A stretch of 39,254 nt of DNA from Candidatus Wildermuthbacteria bacterium RIFCSPHIGHO2_01_FULL_49_22b (GCA_001823165.1 MHTT01000015.1:1-39254); one strand, 5' to 3'; shown: positions 15,963 to 25,874, counted from the stretch's first letter. The notes: generated by a model not told the origin, from the sequence alone. Made by a program: numbers and translations.

Positions 15963-17927
15963 ATGGATTTTCAATTAGTTTCCAATTTCCAACCTACAGG
16001 GGATCAGCCGCGCGCCATAGCAAAGCTGGCACAAAACCTGGAGAAAGGAGCAAAAAACCAGGTGCTTTTAGGCGTGACCGGAAGCGGCAAAACCTTTAGC
16101 GTATCGGGCGTCATTGAAAAAGCGCGGAGACCAGCGCTCGTTATCAGCCCAAACAAAACGCTGTGCGCTCAGTTATTCCAAGAATTCAGAGAGTTCTTCC
16201 CCTCAAACAGCGTGCACTACTTTGTCTCCTATTACGACTACTATCAGCCCGAGGCCTACATCCCCCAGACCGACACCTATATTGAAAAGGACGCCAAGAT
16301 AAACGAAACCATTGACCGCATGCGCCACGAGGCCGTGCAGGACGTGCTGACGAGAAGAGACGTTATCGTGGTGGCTTCCATCTCCTGCATCTACAACATT
16401 GGCTCGCCTGAAGAATATCAAAGGGTTTCCCTGGCGATTGCGCCGGGGCAAAAGCTCCAAAGAAAGGAGTTTCTTTCTACCCTCACGACCCTGCAGTATG
16501 AGAGAAACGACATTGACTTTGCCCCGGGAACGTTCCGGGTCAGGGGAAACGTTGTTGAGGTATTCCTGGTTACGGGAAAAGAAGTGCTCAAGGTAGAGTT
16601 TGGCGGAGATACAATAGACAGGATTGGAGTAGCCGATGTTCGTGAGAGTAGCGCCGCGAAGCAAGACCTTGCTCAACCATCCATGTACAAGCTGTACCCC
16701 GCAAAGTTCTGGATTACTTCGGAAGACAAGCTGAACATTGCCGCGGCAAACATCAAGACGGAACTGGGAGAGCGCGCGGCTGCGTTGAGAAAGCAGGGGA
16801 GAATCTTGGAGGCCCAGCGCCTGGAACAGCGCACAAACTACGACCTGGAAATGATCGCAGAAACGGGGTACTGCCACGGCATTGAGAACTACTCTCGGCA
16901 CCTGGAGTTCCGCTCCCCGGGAGAGCCGCCCTTCACCTTAATTGATTACTTCCCAAAAGACCTCGCGGTATTCCTGGACGAGAGCCATCTTACCCTTCCC
17001 CAGCTTCGCGCCATGGCCGTCCAAGACAAAGCAAGAAAGCAGGCCTTGGTGGAACATGGGTTCCGCCTGCCTTCTGCCGTGGACAACCGGCCCCTCACCT
17101 TCAAAGAGTTCTTTGAAAAAACCTCCCAGCGAGTATTTGTTTCCGCCACGCCAGGAGAGTTTGAGCAAGACCTGGCAATGCAGGAAGGAGGCCCTGATTT
17201 TATCGCAGAGCAGCTCATCCGTCCCACCGGACTGCTGGAGCCGAAGATTGAAATACGGGGAACCAAAAACCAGCTCCGGGACCTGACGCGGGAACTCAAG
17301 TTGCTCAAAGAAAAAGGGCAGCGCGCCCTGGTTATCACCCTGACCAAGCGCCTGGCAGAGGAAATCGCGCGCTTCCTTGGCGAGCAGAGCCTGAAGATTC
17401 ACTGGCTTCACTCTGAAGTGAAGACCTTGGAGCGCCCTCTCTTTCTCCAGGACTTGAGAAAAGGAGAGGTGGACGCCATTGTGGGCATCAACCTTTTGCG
17501 GGAAGGCCTGGACCTGCCCGAGGTTTCCCTGGTTGCGATCTTGGACGCAGACAAAGAAGGGTTCCTGCGCAACGAAACCACCCTGATTCAAACCATGGGA
17601 AGGGCGGCCAGACACCAGGAAGGCAGGGCGATTCTGTACGCAGACAAAACAACCTTATCCATGAAAAACGCCTTGAGGGAAGTAAAGCGGAGGCGGTCAA
17701 TCCAGAGGGCATACAACAAGAAACACGGCATAACGCCCACCGCCATTCAAAAAGAGGTGCGCGAGTGGGAGGTAGACAAAAAACAAAAAGGGGTTGCGGC
17801 TGAGTTTGCAAACCTTCACGACCTTCAGCTCTTGGAGCAAGAGATGAAGCTGGCGGCAGCAAACCTGGACTTTGAGCGGGCGGCTGAAATACGGGACTTG
17901 CTCAAAGAAAGAAAGCGTGGTATATAA
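15963..17927 (+). CDS. uvrB: Excinuclease ABC subunit B
   Basis: PTGDQP, GVTGSGKT, YFVSYYDYYQPEAY, DESH and GINLLREGLDLPEV motifs; C-terminal UVR domain. Confidence 0.98.
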   Translation: MDFQLVSNFQPTGDQPRAIAKLAQNLEKGAKNQVLLGVTGSGKTFSVSGVIEKARRPALVISPNKTLCAQLFQEFREFFPSNSVHYFVSYYDYYQPEAYIPQTDTYIEKDAKINETIDRMRHEAVQDVLTRRDVIVVASISCIYNIGSPEEYQRVSLAIAPGQKLQRKEFLSTLTTLQYERNDIDFAPGTFRVRGNVVEVFLVTGKEVLKVEFGGDTIDRIGVADVRESSAAKQDLAQPSMYKLYPAKFWITSEDKLNIAAANIKTELGERAAALRKQGRILEAQRLEQRTNYDLEMIAETGYCHGIENYSRHLEFRSPGEPPFTLIDYFPKDLAVFLDESHLTLPQLRAMAVQDKARKQALVEHGFRLPSAVDNRPLTFKEFFEKTSQRVFVSATPGEFEQDLAMQEGGPDFIAEQLIRPTGLLEPKIEIRGTKNQLRDLTRELKLLKEKGQRALVITLTKRLAEEIARFLGEQSLKIHWLHSEVKTLERPLFLQDLRKGEVDAIVGINLLREGLDLPEVSLVAILDADKEGFLRNETTLIQTMGRAARHQEGRAILYADKTTLSMKNALREVKRRRSIQRAYNKKHGITPTAIQKEVREWEVDKKQKGVAAEFANLHDLQLLEQEMKLAAANLDFERAAEIRDLLKERKRGI

Positions 17928-17933
17928 GGGGAT

Positions 17934-18200
17934 ATGCCCATCACTAAATCAGCGAAAAAGGCGCTGCGCCAAAACATCAGGGGAAAAATCAGAAACTTAA
18001 AGCGGAAAAACGCAGTAAAGGAGCTGGTAAAGCAGACCAGAAAACTGGCTCTTGCCGGGCAAAAAGAAGAGGCGGTCAGAATACTGCCCCGCCTGTACCA
18101 GGCGCTGGACAAGGCCGCAAAGAGAGGAATCATAAAAAAGAACGCCGCGGCAAGAAAGAAGTCCCGCCTGACCAAGCTCCTCTTGAAAAACAGCGTTTAG
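17934..18200 (+). CDS. rpsT: 30S ribosomal protein S20
   Basis: MPITKSAKKALRQ...LDKAAKRGIIKKNAAARKKSRL. Confidence 0.97.
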   Translation: MPITKSAKKALRQNIRGKIRNLKRKNAVKELVKQTRKLALAGQKEEAVRILPRLYQALDKAAKRGIIKKNAAARKKSRLTKLLLKNSV

Positions 18201-19153
18201 GTGCGCTGTTTTTCTTTGTTTCGGGAGGATGCCTGCCCAACAAACAGATGCAGAAGCTGGCCAGGGTTCCCCCTGCCGGTTTTGAATGCGAGGTCTAGGG
18301 CGAATAGTCTGCGGTACAGCTCTTTGAGCTCTTCAAAAGAAAACCTCTGGACCGCAGCAAAGCTCTTTTGGGCCACAAACGGGTGAAGCCGGAGTTTCCG
18401 CGCAATCTCTCCTCTCTTGACCCCTCTTTCCCCCATGTCTTTTATGGACACAAGCGCGCGAAACTGCCAGACAAACATCTTCAAAAGCTGCAGAGGCGCT
18501 TCTCCCGCCGCCAGATGCTCGGCAAGCAGTTTGGTTGCCACCCTTCGGTTCTTTGCTGAAATCGCGTCAATGGTAGAGAAAATCTTTGGTTCTGCGCGCT
18601 GCGCCACCAGGGAAAGCACGTCTTCTTTACTCACGGTTTTGTCTTCGCCAAAACGCTTAAAAGCGGCAAGTTTCGCTATTTCCCCCGCAAGGCGTTCTGC
18701 GTCGTCTGCGCAAGAAAACATCAGCAGGTCGTCAGCCCCAGGGGCAAGCGAGAGCCCGTGCTCCTTGCATTTTTTCTGAACCCACGTCCGGAGGGCGGGC
18801 CCTTTCAGCTTTGCGAACTCCTCAATCGTTCCCTTCTGCAAAAGAAACCTGAACAGAGGGTCGGTTTCATTAACCTCCCCTGCCGCAAAGACCAGGGTGT
18901 GAGGGTCTGCTTTCAAAAGAGCTTCTTGAATGTCTTTTTCTTCCCAGAAGGAAGAACCGAACGCGTTGTGAAACACAAGAAGCTTTTGGGGGGCAAAAAG
19001 AGAGGGAGTGTTTAGTGTGCCAAATACCTCTCTTGCGTCATCTTGCGCGCAGTCAATGTCCTCAACCAGCGCCCCTGCTTTCAGGGCTTCTTTTTTGAGT
19101 TCCCGCACCCGCTGGCGCGCCAGATAGCTTTCACCCTTTACCAAAAGCAGCAT
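18197..19153 (-). CDS. holA: DNA polymerase III delta subunit
   Basis: LLVKGESYL, EIAKLAAF, LHPFVAQK and DLAFKTG motifs; located next to rpsT. Confidence 0.9.
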   Translation of the reverse strand: MLLLVKGESYLARQRVRELKKEALKAGALVEDIDCAQDDAREVFGTLNTPSLFAPQKLLVFHNAFGSSFWEEKDIQEALLKADPHTLVFAAGEVNETDPLFRFLLQKGTIEEFAKLKGPALRTWVQKKCKEHGLSLAPGADDLLMFSCADDAERLAGEIAKLAAFKRFGEDKTVSKEDVLSLVAQRAEPKIFSTIDAISAKNRRVATKLLAEHLAAGEAPLQLLKMFVWQFRALVSIKDMGERGVKRGEIARKLRLHPFVAQKSFAAVQRFSFEELKELYRRLFALDLAFKTGRGNPGQLLHLFVGQASSRNKEKQRT

Positions 19154-19157
19154 GGCG

Positions 19158-19523
19158 CTACTTCATGATGCTCTTTATCTTCTCTATGATTTCCCCGGGG
19201 GTGAAGTTCGCTTTAATCAGGTACTCAACGGCCCCGAGCTGCGCTGCCTTGTCAATGTCTTCTTGCTGGCCAAGGTTGGAAAGAATGACCACGGGAATGC
19301 TGTTTGTCGCCTTCTCTTGCTTGAGCTTGGCTAACACCTCAAAGCCGTCCATGCCTGGCAGCACAAGGTCAAGCAGAATGAGGGCGGGCCGCTCTTTCTG
19401 CGCTTTCTTTATTCCTTCTTCCCCGTCCACGGCGCCCAAGGCCCCGTATCCCGCCGTCTCCAGCTTTTTTATCATGAGCTCCCTCAAAAACTTATCGTCT
19501 TCAATGATTAAAATCTTTGCCAT
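19158..19523 (-). CDS. Single-domain response regulator receiver
   Basis: ILIIEDD, LLDLVLPGMDG, LSN and YLIKA motifs. Confidence 0.93.
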   Translation of the reverse strand: MAKILIIEDDKFLRELMIKKLETAGYGALGAVDGEEGIKKAQKERPALILLDLVLPGMDGFEVLAKLKQEKATNSIPVVILSNLGQQEDIDKAAQLGAVEYLIKANFTPGEIIEKIKSIMK

Positions 19524-19543
19524 GATTCTTTATGCGCGCTTTT

Positions 19544-20671
19544 TTAAGAACCAGGGAAGGTCTTTGCGCAGGGCAAAGAAAAGGTAAATGTACTTCCCTT
19601 TCCTTCTTTAGAAACAAACCAGACCTTTCCTCCATGCGCCTCCACAATGTTCTTGACCAGGTACAGCCCCAGGCCGGAACCCTCCGTGTCCACGCGGCGG
19701 GCGTTGCTTGCACGGAAAAACCTTTCAAAGACGCGAGCTTGCTGCTTATCCGGGATTCCTATGCCCGTATCCTGAACCGCCACCTCAATGTCCCGATTGG
19801 CGTTCTGAGAAATCTTCACTTCTATTGCCGCTGCGGGGCCCTGCCTGGTGTACTGTACCGCGTTGCTGATGAGGTTTTGCACAGCAAGTTGGAGTTTTTC
19901 CTCGTCGGCAAACACCGGGGGGAGGGAATCAGGGGGCTTGACCAAGACAATCTTGAGCTTCTTGCGCCTGGCTTCTTCTTGGTATGATTCAACCGCTCGC
20001 CTGACAATGTCTTCCAGCGACACCAGTTTCTGCTTATACAAATATTGTCCTTCCCCAATCCTGGTCACGTCCAAAAGGTCGTTTACAATTCTGATAAGGC
20101 GTTCGTTGGACGTTTGGGTTTTGGAGAGAAACTCCCCTTGCTTCTTGGTTAGCTTCCCCATCTCTCCTTCTATGAGCATGTGAAGGGTCCATTTGATGGC
20201 GGAAAGAGGGGTACGCAGTTGGTGGGCTGCAAGCGACAAAAAGTCCGATTTCATTCGGTTGACCAGCACCTCACGTTCCTTGACGTGCTTCAGGCGAGCG
20301 GTCATATCGTTAAACGCATGGAATAAATCTCCAATCTCATTCTTGGGACCCTCTGGCAAATGGATGTCAAAATCCCCTTTTCCCACTTTCTCAAAAGCAG
20401 CGTGGAGCTTGCGTATGGGGGTCAACACAAAAGCAGTCAGCACAAAAAACAGAATGCCGCCAACGAGAAGAAGCATGGTGAGGATGATGAATCCCTGCTG
20501 AATCGCAATGGAAATGGTGGCTTCCCGCAGAAGCTCTTCTGGAGTATTCTCGGGGGCGCTCTGAAGAAGATTATGATAAAACACCTGCGTTGCAAGGTAT
20601 ACAAAAATACCCCCCATGAAAACAAAAAAGGCAAGAAGGCCAAGGATGAATGCTCGCAAGGAAATGCGCAT
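19544..20671 (-). CDS. HAMP-domain sensor histidine kinase
   Basis: Two TM helices, HAMP, H-box AAHQLRTPL, N-box NLISNA, DTGIGI and GSGLGL. Confidence 0.95.
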   Translation of the reverse strand: MRISLRAFILGLLAFFVFMGGIFVYLATQVFYHNLLQSAPENTPEELLREATISIAIQQGFIILTMLLLVGGILFFVLTAFVLTPIRKLHAAFEKVGKGDFDIHLPEGPKNEIGDLFHAFNDMTARLKHVKEREVLVNRMKSDFLSLAAHQLRTPLSAIKWTLHMLIEGEMGKLTKKQGEFLSKTQTSNERLIRIVNDLLDVTRIGEGQYLYKQKLVSLEDIVRRAVESYQEEARRKKLKIVLVKPPDSLPPVFADEEKLQLAVQNLISNAVQYTRQGPAAAIEVKISQNANRDIEVAVQDTGIGIPDKQQARVFERFFRASNARRVDTEGSGLGLYLVKNIVEAHGGKVWFVSKEGKGSTFTFSLPCAKTFPGS

Positions 20672-20742
20672 AGTTCCAAAAGCAACTCTTTTTTGAGTAT
20701 ATCATGAAAGAGGCGCAAAACAAAAAGGACCCTGGCGCCGTA

Positions 20743-20800
20743 AAACCTGTTGTGTGAAACCAGGTTTCACACAACAGGTTTCACACAAGTTTCACAACAG
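20743..20800. repeat. 39-bp perfect palindrome plus tandem partial copies (REP-like)
   Basis: aaacctgttgtgtgaaacc-a-ggtttcacacaacaggttt (20743-20781), followed by further gtttcaca units. Confidence 0.85.
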
Positions 20801-21118
20801 TCAATCCTGGATTATCACCATGCGGCGGAGGGCAAGAAAGATCAAAGAGAGGCCGGTCAAAAGCGCAAACTCGGTAAAATAGTTGTGCATACCCAAGCTT
20901 GCCCTGAGTCCCGGAGTAAACAGGTCTGAAAACTCAGAAACCGTGTAAAAGAAAAGCCCGAAGATAAACATTCTCCATACCCCCCCCATGTGTCTTGCTT
21001 TTACTTTCCCCGTATACCAGACAACCGCCGCTGCGATAAACGTAGAGAGGACAAGAAAAAACACCGCTCCGTGAACAAGAAGATTTAAGAGAGGCGCTGG
21101 TGCGGGGGTGGGTATCAT
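20801..21118 (-). CDS. Hypothetical three-TM membrane protein
   Basis: Hydrophobic; ATGA overlap with the upstream gene. Confidence 0.7.
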   Translation of the reverse strand: MIPTPAPAPLLNLLVHGAVFFLVLSTFIAAAVVWYTGKVKARHMGGVWRMFIFGLFFYTVSEFSDLFTPGLRASLGMHNYFTEFALLTGLSLIFLALRRMVIIQD

Positions 21119-21528
21119 ACAGGTGTTGCTTGCGCTGGGCGTGCCCGCCGAAAGAAGCGCCTAAAGAGGGAATAAAAAATGATTGCCATACCCAGGAACT
21201 GCAGGACCTCTGTCGTGATATCCAGGTTGTAGCTGAAGAACACCGATTGTCCGGTGGCGGTCAGCATGTTCTGTACCCAGTCAATGAACTTTGAGGTGCC
21301 AGACAGAATTATGCCAAGCAGGAGAAGAACAAAGAAAAGGTCTCTGCGCGCTCCTTGTTTCATAATCGCCGTGATAATAATGCCTCCTATGATGAAGTGC
21401 AAGATAAGATTAAAGAAGTTGGGCAGGGCGCATAGACATGCCATGTCTATGCCCCATATCCTTCCTGCCTCAAGCACCCAGCCGGGGAGCTTGTCAATGA
21501 AAAAGAAAAGGTTAAGAAACTGTTCCAT
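21115..21528 (-). CDS. Hypothetical membrane protein
   Basis: Three hydrophobic segments, operonic. Confidence 0.7.
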   Translation of the reverse strand: MEQFLNLFFFIDKLPGWVLEAGRIWGIDMACLCALPNFFNLILHFIIGGIIITAIMKQGARRDLFFVLLLLGIILSGTSKFIDWVQNMLTATGQSVFFSYNLDITTEVLQFLGMAIIFYSLFRRFFRRARPAQATPV

Positions 21529-21531
21529 GGT

Positions 21532-22077
21532 TTATGCGGCTGAACGCTTGGGTTTGCGCAATACTCTTGCTGCTGCGGCAATCACAAGCCCGAGGATAAA
21601 GAATCCCATCACGGCTGCTACCTCATATCCCTGCTCTTGATTATTGGAAATGAGATTCACGATTTTGACCAGAATTGGTTCGTAGTATACAGGAAGCCCT
21701 GCTCCTGTTAACTCTCCAAGTATCTTCCCTGCCGAGATAATGAAGGCCGGCAGCACAAATGCGAGGGGCATAACCAACAGCCCAAAGGGTAAAGAGAAAA
21801 TAACTTTTTCTACCGCGGGTCTCTTGGGGAAGAGAAAACTGCTCCACAAAATGCCGAGAAAAATGAGGAGCGCGGTCCAGAAGCCCATCTGGGCAAGGTA
21901 GGCTGTCACGCTTCCCTGCCTAACCAGCCCCGAGGGATCATCGGGACTGCTCAAAAGAAGCGTGTCAATCAATCCCATCTCGGCATGCAGCAGATTGTAT
22001 TCCCAATCGAACACCAAAATGTAGGCGGTCGTAATGATACCAACAACAAACAAGACGGGAATGAAGCGGTCTTTCAT
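21532..22077 (-). CDS. Hypothetical membrane protein
   Basis: Four TM helices; likely start MKDRF, downstream of TTGACA-N18-TATCAT. Confidence 0.7.
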   Translation of the reverse strand: MKDRFIPVLFVVGIITTAYILVFDWEYNLLHAEMGLIDTLLLSSPDDPSGLVRQGSVTAYLAQMGFWTALLIFLGILWSSFLFPKRPAVEKVIFSLPFGLLVMPLAFVLPAFIISAGKILGELTGAGLPVYYEPILVKIVNLISNNQEQGYEVAAVMGFFILGLVIAAAARVLRKPKRSAA

Positions 22078-22148
22078 GAGATTACTGTATGATAGAAGAG
22101 AACACGCGGGCGTGTCAATAAGGAACCCGTGCAAAATCTCCTCTCCTG

Positions 22149-22514
22149 CTATTTCAGCGTTTCTCTGATTTTCGCCACAATCTCAGACGGAGTGAAGTGC
22201 GCCTTAATCATGTAGTCAACGGCCCCGAGCTGCGCTGCCTTGTCAACGTCTTCTTGCTGGCCAAGGTTGGATAAGATAATAACAGGAACCGCAGAAATTG
22301 CCGCGTCCTCCTTTATTCTTTTGAGCGCCTCAAAGCCGTCCATGCCAGGAAGGATAATGTCAAGCAGAACAAGATCGGGCTTTTCTTCTTTGATCTTCTT
22401 CACCCCTTCTTCCCCGTCCACTGCTTCGCTAACCTCATAGCCCTCCTCTTTGAGCTTTTGCACAACGAGCTCTCTCAGGAACTTATCGTCTTCAACGATT
22501 AAAATTTTTGCCAT
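22149..22514 (-). CDS. Single-domain response regulator receiver (paralog of 19158-19523)
   Basis: ILIVEDD and LLDIILPGMDG motifs; same 121-aa length as the paralog. Confidence 0.93.
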   Translation of the reverse strand: MAKILIVEDDKFLRELVVQKLKEEGYEVSEAVDGEEGVKKIKEEKPDLVLLDIILPGMDGFEALKRIKEDAAISAVPVIILSNLGQQEDVDKAAQLGAVDYMIKAHFTPSEIVAKIRETLK

Positions 22515-22548
22515 GTTCCTTAGTATGATTCTACCACGAACGAGGAAT

Positions 22549-24765
22549 TCACGGAATGCCCTCTAGGCGCCCCCAGCTTTTCCCCGCACTCGCCCGTACT
22601 GCCAGGGGGACATTGAGAGAAACCGCGTTTCCCATGAGTCGCGCGATCAACTCCATGCGTTCTTTTAGTATAGCATTGCGTATCTCAAACACCAATTCGT
22701 CGTGAATCTGCAAGAGCATGCGGCAGTCCTCCTGCTGAAGCTTGAGCTCTTTGGCAATCTTCACCATTGCCATTTTGATAATATCGGCCGCAGTGCCTTG
22801 GATGCCGTGATTCATGGCAATGCGCTCGGCAGCAGCCCTAATATGAGGAGTGGCAGAATGAATATCGGGAAGGTATCTCTTCCTGCCAAACAGAGTTTCA
22901 GCGTACCCGAGCTCCCGCGTTGACTCAATGGTATCTTGCATATACTGGGCAATGCGGGGAAACTGCACAAAATAATTCTCAATGAAATCCTGCGCCTCCT
23001 CAAAAGGAATGCCGGCTGACTGGGCAAATCCCCGGGCTCCCATACCGTAGAGAATGCCAAAGTTCAGGGCTTTCGCGCGGAATCTCATCTGGGGCGTGAC
23101 ATTCTTGTCTTTCGCCCCAAACACTGCAGCAGCGGTTTCTCGGTGAATATCCCTTCCCTCCTTGAAGATCTCCTGCATTCTCTCCTCTTTGGCAAGATGG
23201 GAGGCAATGCGAAGCTCCACTTGCGAATAGTCAAAAGAAGCCAAAGAAAATCCCTTTTTTGCCACAAATCCTCCTCGTATCTTTGCTCCCCACTCTCCCT
23301 GAAGGGGGATGTTCTGAAGGTTGGGATTTGCAGAAGAGATCCTTCCGGTAGCAGCTCCCAGCTGGTCAAAATGCGTGTGTATTCTTCCCTCCTTGTCTGC
23401 CAATTGGGGCAGAGGGACAGCATAGGTATTCTGGAGCTTTGCTAACTCCCGGTAGCTAAGAATTTCGGCCACCACAACATGAGCTCCCCGAAGCTTTTCT
23501 AGCTCGGGAGATGCGGTGGAAACAACTCCGCCCGGCGTTTTGTGCAACCCTTTTTGAGGCAGTCCGAGCTTCTTAAAGAGAACTTCAGACAGCTGCCTTG
23601 GGGAACTAATGTTAAATTGCCCCCCTGCTTTTTTTGCAATGCTTGCCTGGAGCTTCTGCAGATTCTCCCCAAGTTCTTGAGACAGCTCCTCAAAAAACTT
23701 TTTGTCAATTTGAATCCCGGTTTCCTCCATGGTTCTCAACACCGGAGAAAGCTCGAGTTCCAGGTTGTAAATCTGTTCTGAAAACACGCCTTCTTTGAAC
23801 AGGCGCTCAATCTTTTCTCTCGTTTCGTCTCCAGAACCTTGGGACTCTGTCTTTTTGCTCCCGCCAAAATCCGGAATGCGCAAGGCCAGAGAGGCGAACT
23901 CAAATCCCTTCAAAACCTCCTCTGCCTTGCCTCTGTCAAACCCTTTCCAGGCGAGAGCGGGCAGGCTGAACTCCAAGGGAACGTTCCGCTCAACAGTTGC
24001 CAATTCCTTGCTCAAAAAAGCAATGTCCTTTTCTCGCAGCAGGGTTTCCCTCATTCTTGGAGAAACCCCTTCAATTTCCTTTTTGGCCTGCAACGCAGCG
24101 TACACAGATTCCAGGGAGCCCAACGAAGAAAGGAGGCGGGTTGCCGTTTTCTCTCCGACCCCTTTCACCCCTGGGATGTTGTCTGAAGGGTCTCCCCGCA
24201 ATCCCTTCCAGTCCGCAACCAATTCAGGGCCCACCCCAAGGCGCTCCTGGACCTTTTTTGAGTCAAACAGCACGGAGTCCTGGATCCCCTTCCTCATGGC
24301 GTACACCTTGGTATTGGCGTCAACCAGCTGCAGCAAGTCCATGTCCCCGGAAAGAATGATAGTTTCTACGGGAGGGTGAACCTGCCGCTTGGGAACAATC
24401 CTTGCAATCGTGCCGATAACGTCATCTGCTTCAAACCCCTCTTTTTCAAACACCGGCACGTGAAAGGCCTCTAGCACCTCTTTGACCTTTGGGATTTGCA
24501 AATACAGCTCATCTGGGGCCTTCTCTCTTTTTGCCTTATATGCCTGGAACTTCTTTTCTCGTTTTGTGGGAGCGGGGAAGTCAAAGGCAGCTGCAATGTA
24601 TTCTGGCTCAAACTCGTTAACGGCCTTGAAAAAAGCAAGGAGAAACCCATACACCGCATTCACCATTTCCCCTTTTGAGGTAGACAAAGGAGGCAGGGCA
24701 TGAAATGCCCGATGAATCAAGGAGTTTGCGTCAATAATCAACAGCCGCTTTTTCTTTTCTGCCAT
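22549..24765 (-). CDS. polA: DNA polymerase I (5'-3' exonuclease + polymerase; 3'-5' exonuclease domain largely absent)
   Basis: IDANSLIHRAFHA, EADDVIG, GDPSDNIPGV, TGRISSANPNLQNIP, DYSQVELR and QIHDEL motifs; only 738 aa. Confidence 0.95.
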   Translation of the reverse strand: MAEKKKRLLIIDANSLIHRAFHALPPLSTSKGEMVNAVYGFLLAFFKAVNEFEPEYIAAAFDFPAPTKREKKFQAYKAKREKAPDELYLQIPKVKEVLEAFHVPVFEKEGFEADDVIGTIARIVPKRQVHPPVETIILSGDMDLLQLVDANTKVYAMRKGIQDSVLFDSKKVQERLGVGPELVADWKGLRGDPSDNIPGVKGVGEKTATRLLSSLGSLESVYAALQAKKEIEGVSPRMRETLLREKDIAFLSKELATVERNVPLEFSLPALAWKGFDRGKAEEVLKGFEFASLALRIPDFGGSKKTESQGSGDETREKIERLFKEGVFSEQIYNLELELSPVLRTMEETGIQIDKKFFEELSQELGENLQKLQASIAKKAGGQFNISSPRQLSEVLFKKLGLPQKGLHKTPGGVVSTASPELEKLRGAHVVVAEILSYRELAKLQNTYAVPLPQLADKEGRIHTHFDQLGAATGRISSANPNLQNIPLQGEWGAKIRGGFVAKKGFSLASFDYSQVELRIASHLAKEERMQEIFKEGRDIHRETAAAVFGAKDKNVTPQMRFRAKALNFGILYGMGARGFAQSAGIPFEEAQDFIENYFVQFPRIAQYMQDTIESTRELGYAETLFGRKRYLPDIHSATPHIRAAAERIAMNHGIQGTAADIIKMAMVKIAKELKLQQEDCRMLLQIHDELVFEIRNAILKERMELIARLMGNAVSLNVPLAVRASAGKSWGRLEGIP

Positions 24766-24777
24766 AGAAATATCCTC

Positions 24778-24801
24778 TAAAGTATAATGCTATGTAGCAT
24801 T
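24778..24801. repeat. 24-bp direct repeat with internal palindrome, copy A
   Basis: taaagtataatgctatgtagcatt, with palindrome aatgcta-tg-tagcatt. Confidence 0.9.
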
Positions 24802-25335
24802 GAACTTTGTGCTGTTTTTGTCAGAAGAAGAAAGAAGATTGCCGAAGTGGCGGTAAAACTTTGACTTGTGATCAAGGGCCTCAACCGCTTTGCGGAATCG
24901 CTCGTTTTCTTTTTTATCTGCGCTACGCACTACCTCTTCTAATACAAGTTGGGGCCAAAACATCATGGGATATCTCCGCTTGAGCTTATCCCATTCTGAC
25001 TTTTCATAACGCGACCACACATTCTTTCTTTGTTTTTTGGGGATACGCTCTGCGGCAAGGCGAAATCCCTCTCCTGAATCTGCAAGCCATGCGGCAATCT
25101 TTGCTATGGTTCCATGGCTTGTACGAAGATTCTTCTCGATGGTTCGGTAATCCTTGCCCTCCAAAAGCAAGCGAGCAATTTGAAGCCGCTTTGTCAAAGT
25201 AGTAACTTCATTCTTGCTGAGAAGATCGGCGAGAAACGGCAAAACCTCTTCTGGGGTACGCAATCTTGCCAGCACTTCACAAAAATCTTGAAAAAGCTCC
25301 TCTTGGGTCTCTTTTGAAAGACGCGGTGTTTTCAT
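24790..25335 (-). CDS. TrpR-like (YerC/YecD) HTH protein
   Basis: FLADLLSKNEVTTLTKRLQIARLLLEGKDYRTIEKNLRTSHGTIAKI. Confidence 0.85.
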   Translation of the reverse strand: MKTPRLSKETQEELFQDFCEVLARLRTPEEVLPFLADLLSKNEVTTLTKRLQIARLLLEGKDYRTIEKNLRTSHGTIAKIAAWLADSGEGFRLAAERIPKKQRKNVWSRYEKSEWDKLKRRYPMMFWPQLVLEEVVRSADKKENERFRKAVEALDHKSKFYRHFGNLLSSSDKNSTKFNAT

Positions 25336-25369
25336 ATATTTTTATCTTACCACAAAAGACAGTGTGCCT

Positions 25370-25393
25370 TAAAGTATAATGCTATGTAGCATT
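25370..25393. repeat. 24-bp direct repeat with internal palindrome, copy B
   Basis: Identical to 24778-24801. Confidence 0.9.
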
Positions 25394-25874
25394 AGAGTTT
25401 GGTACCTCTACTCGGTATTGTTATAACAATAGTCCTTACTTTTGGTTGCTTTCTTACGTGGAAGAAAGAAAGCCAGACGGCGTCTTTTGGGATAATGCTT
25501 TTGACGTGGTCTGCCCATTCCACGACTACAACGTTGTTTGGGTCAGCTATGATTTCTTTCCATCCCAACTGCAAAAGTTCTCCGGGGCTTTTCAAGCGAT
25601 AGCAGTCAATGTGATAGAGATTTTGTAGCTTGTATTTTGCATCTTGTATTTTGTATTTCTTGATAATAAGAAAGGTGGGGCTCAAGACGTTTTCTTTGAT
25701 TCCTAGGCCTTTTACCAGCCCCTGCACGAACGTGGTCTTGCCAGCTCCCAGCTCTCCTTTCAACGCCAGCACTAAAGCCCCCTTTCTCTTGGGACTTTTC
25801 AGAATGGTCTGCGCAAGCTCTTTTGCAATGCGCTGTGTTGCTTTGTAAGAAGAAGAATGAATTGACTTTTTCAC
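25392..25874 (-). CDS. tsaE: tRNA t6A biosynthesis ATPase TsaE
   Basis: [21 protein letters not shown] and VEWAD motifs; likely GTG start at 25874. Confidence 0.93.
   Translation of the reverse strand: MKKSIHSSSYKATQRIAKELAQTILKSPKRKGALVLALKGELGAGKTTFVQGLVKGLGIKENVLSPTFLIIKKYKIQDAKYKLQNLYHIDCYRLKSPGELLQLGWKEIIADPNNVVVVEWADHVKSIIPKDAVWLSFFHVRKQPKVRTIVITIPSRGTKL
25623..25657. repeat. Five heptamer repeats inside tsaE
   Basis: ttgtagc ttgtatt ttgcatc ttgtatt ttgtatt (encodes [12 protein letters not shown]). Confidence 0.75.

Noticed and set aside
22549-24765. Short PolA as a pseudogene
   Set aside because: The ORF is continuous with intact 5'-exonuclease and polymerase motifs; loss of the proofreading domain is a known variant.
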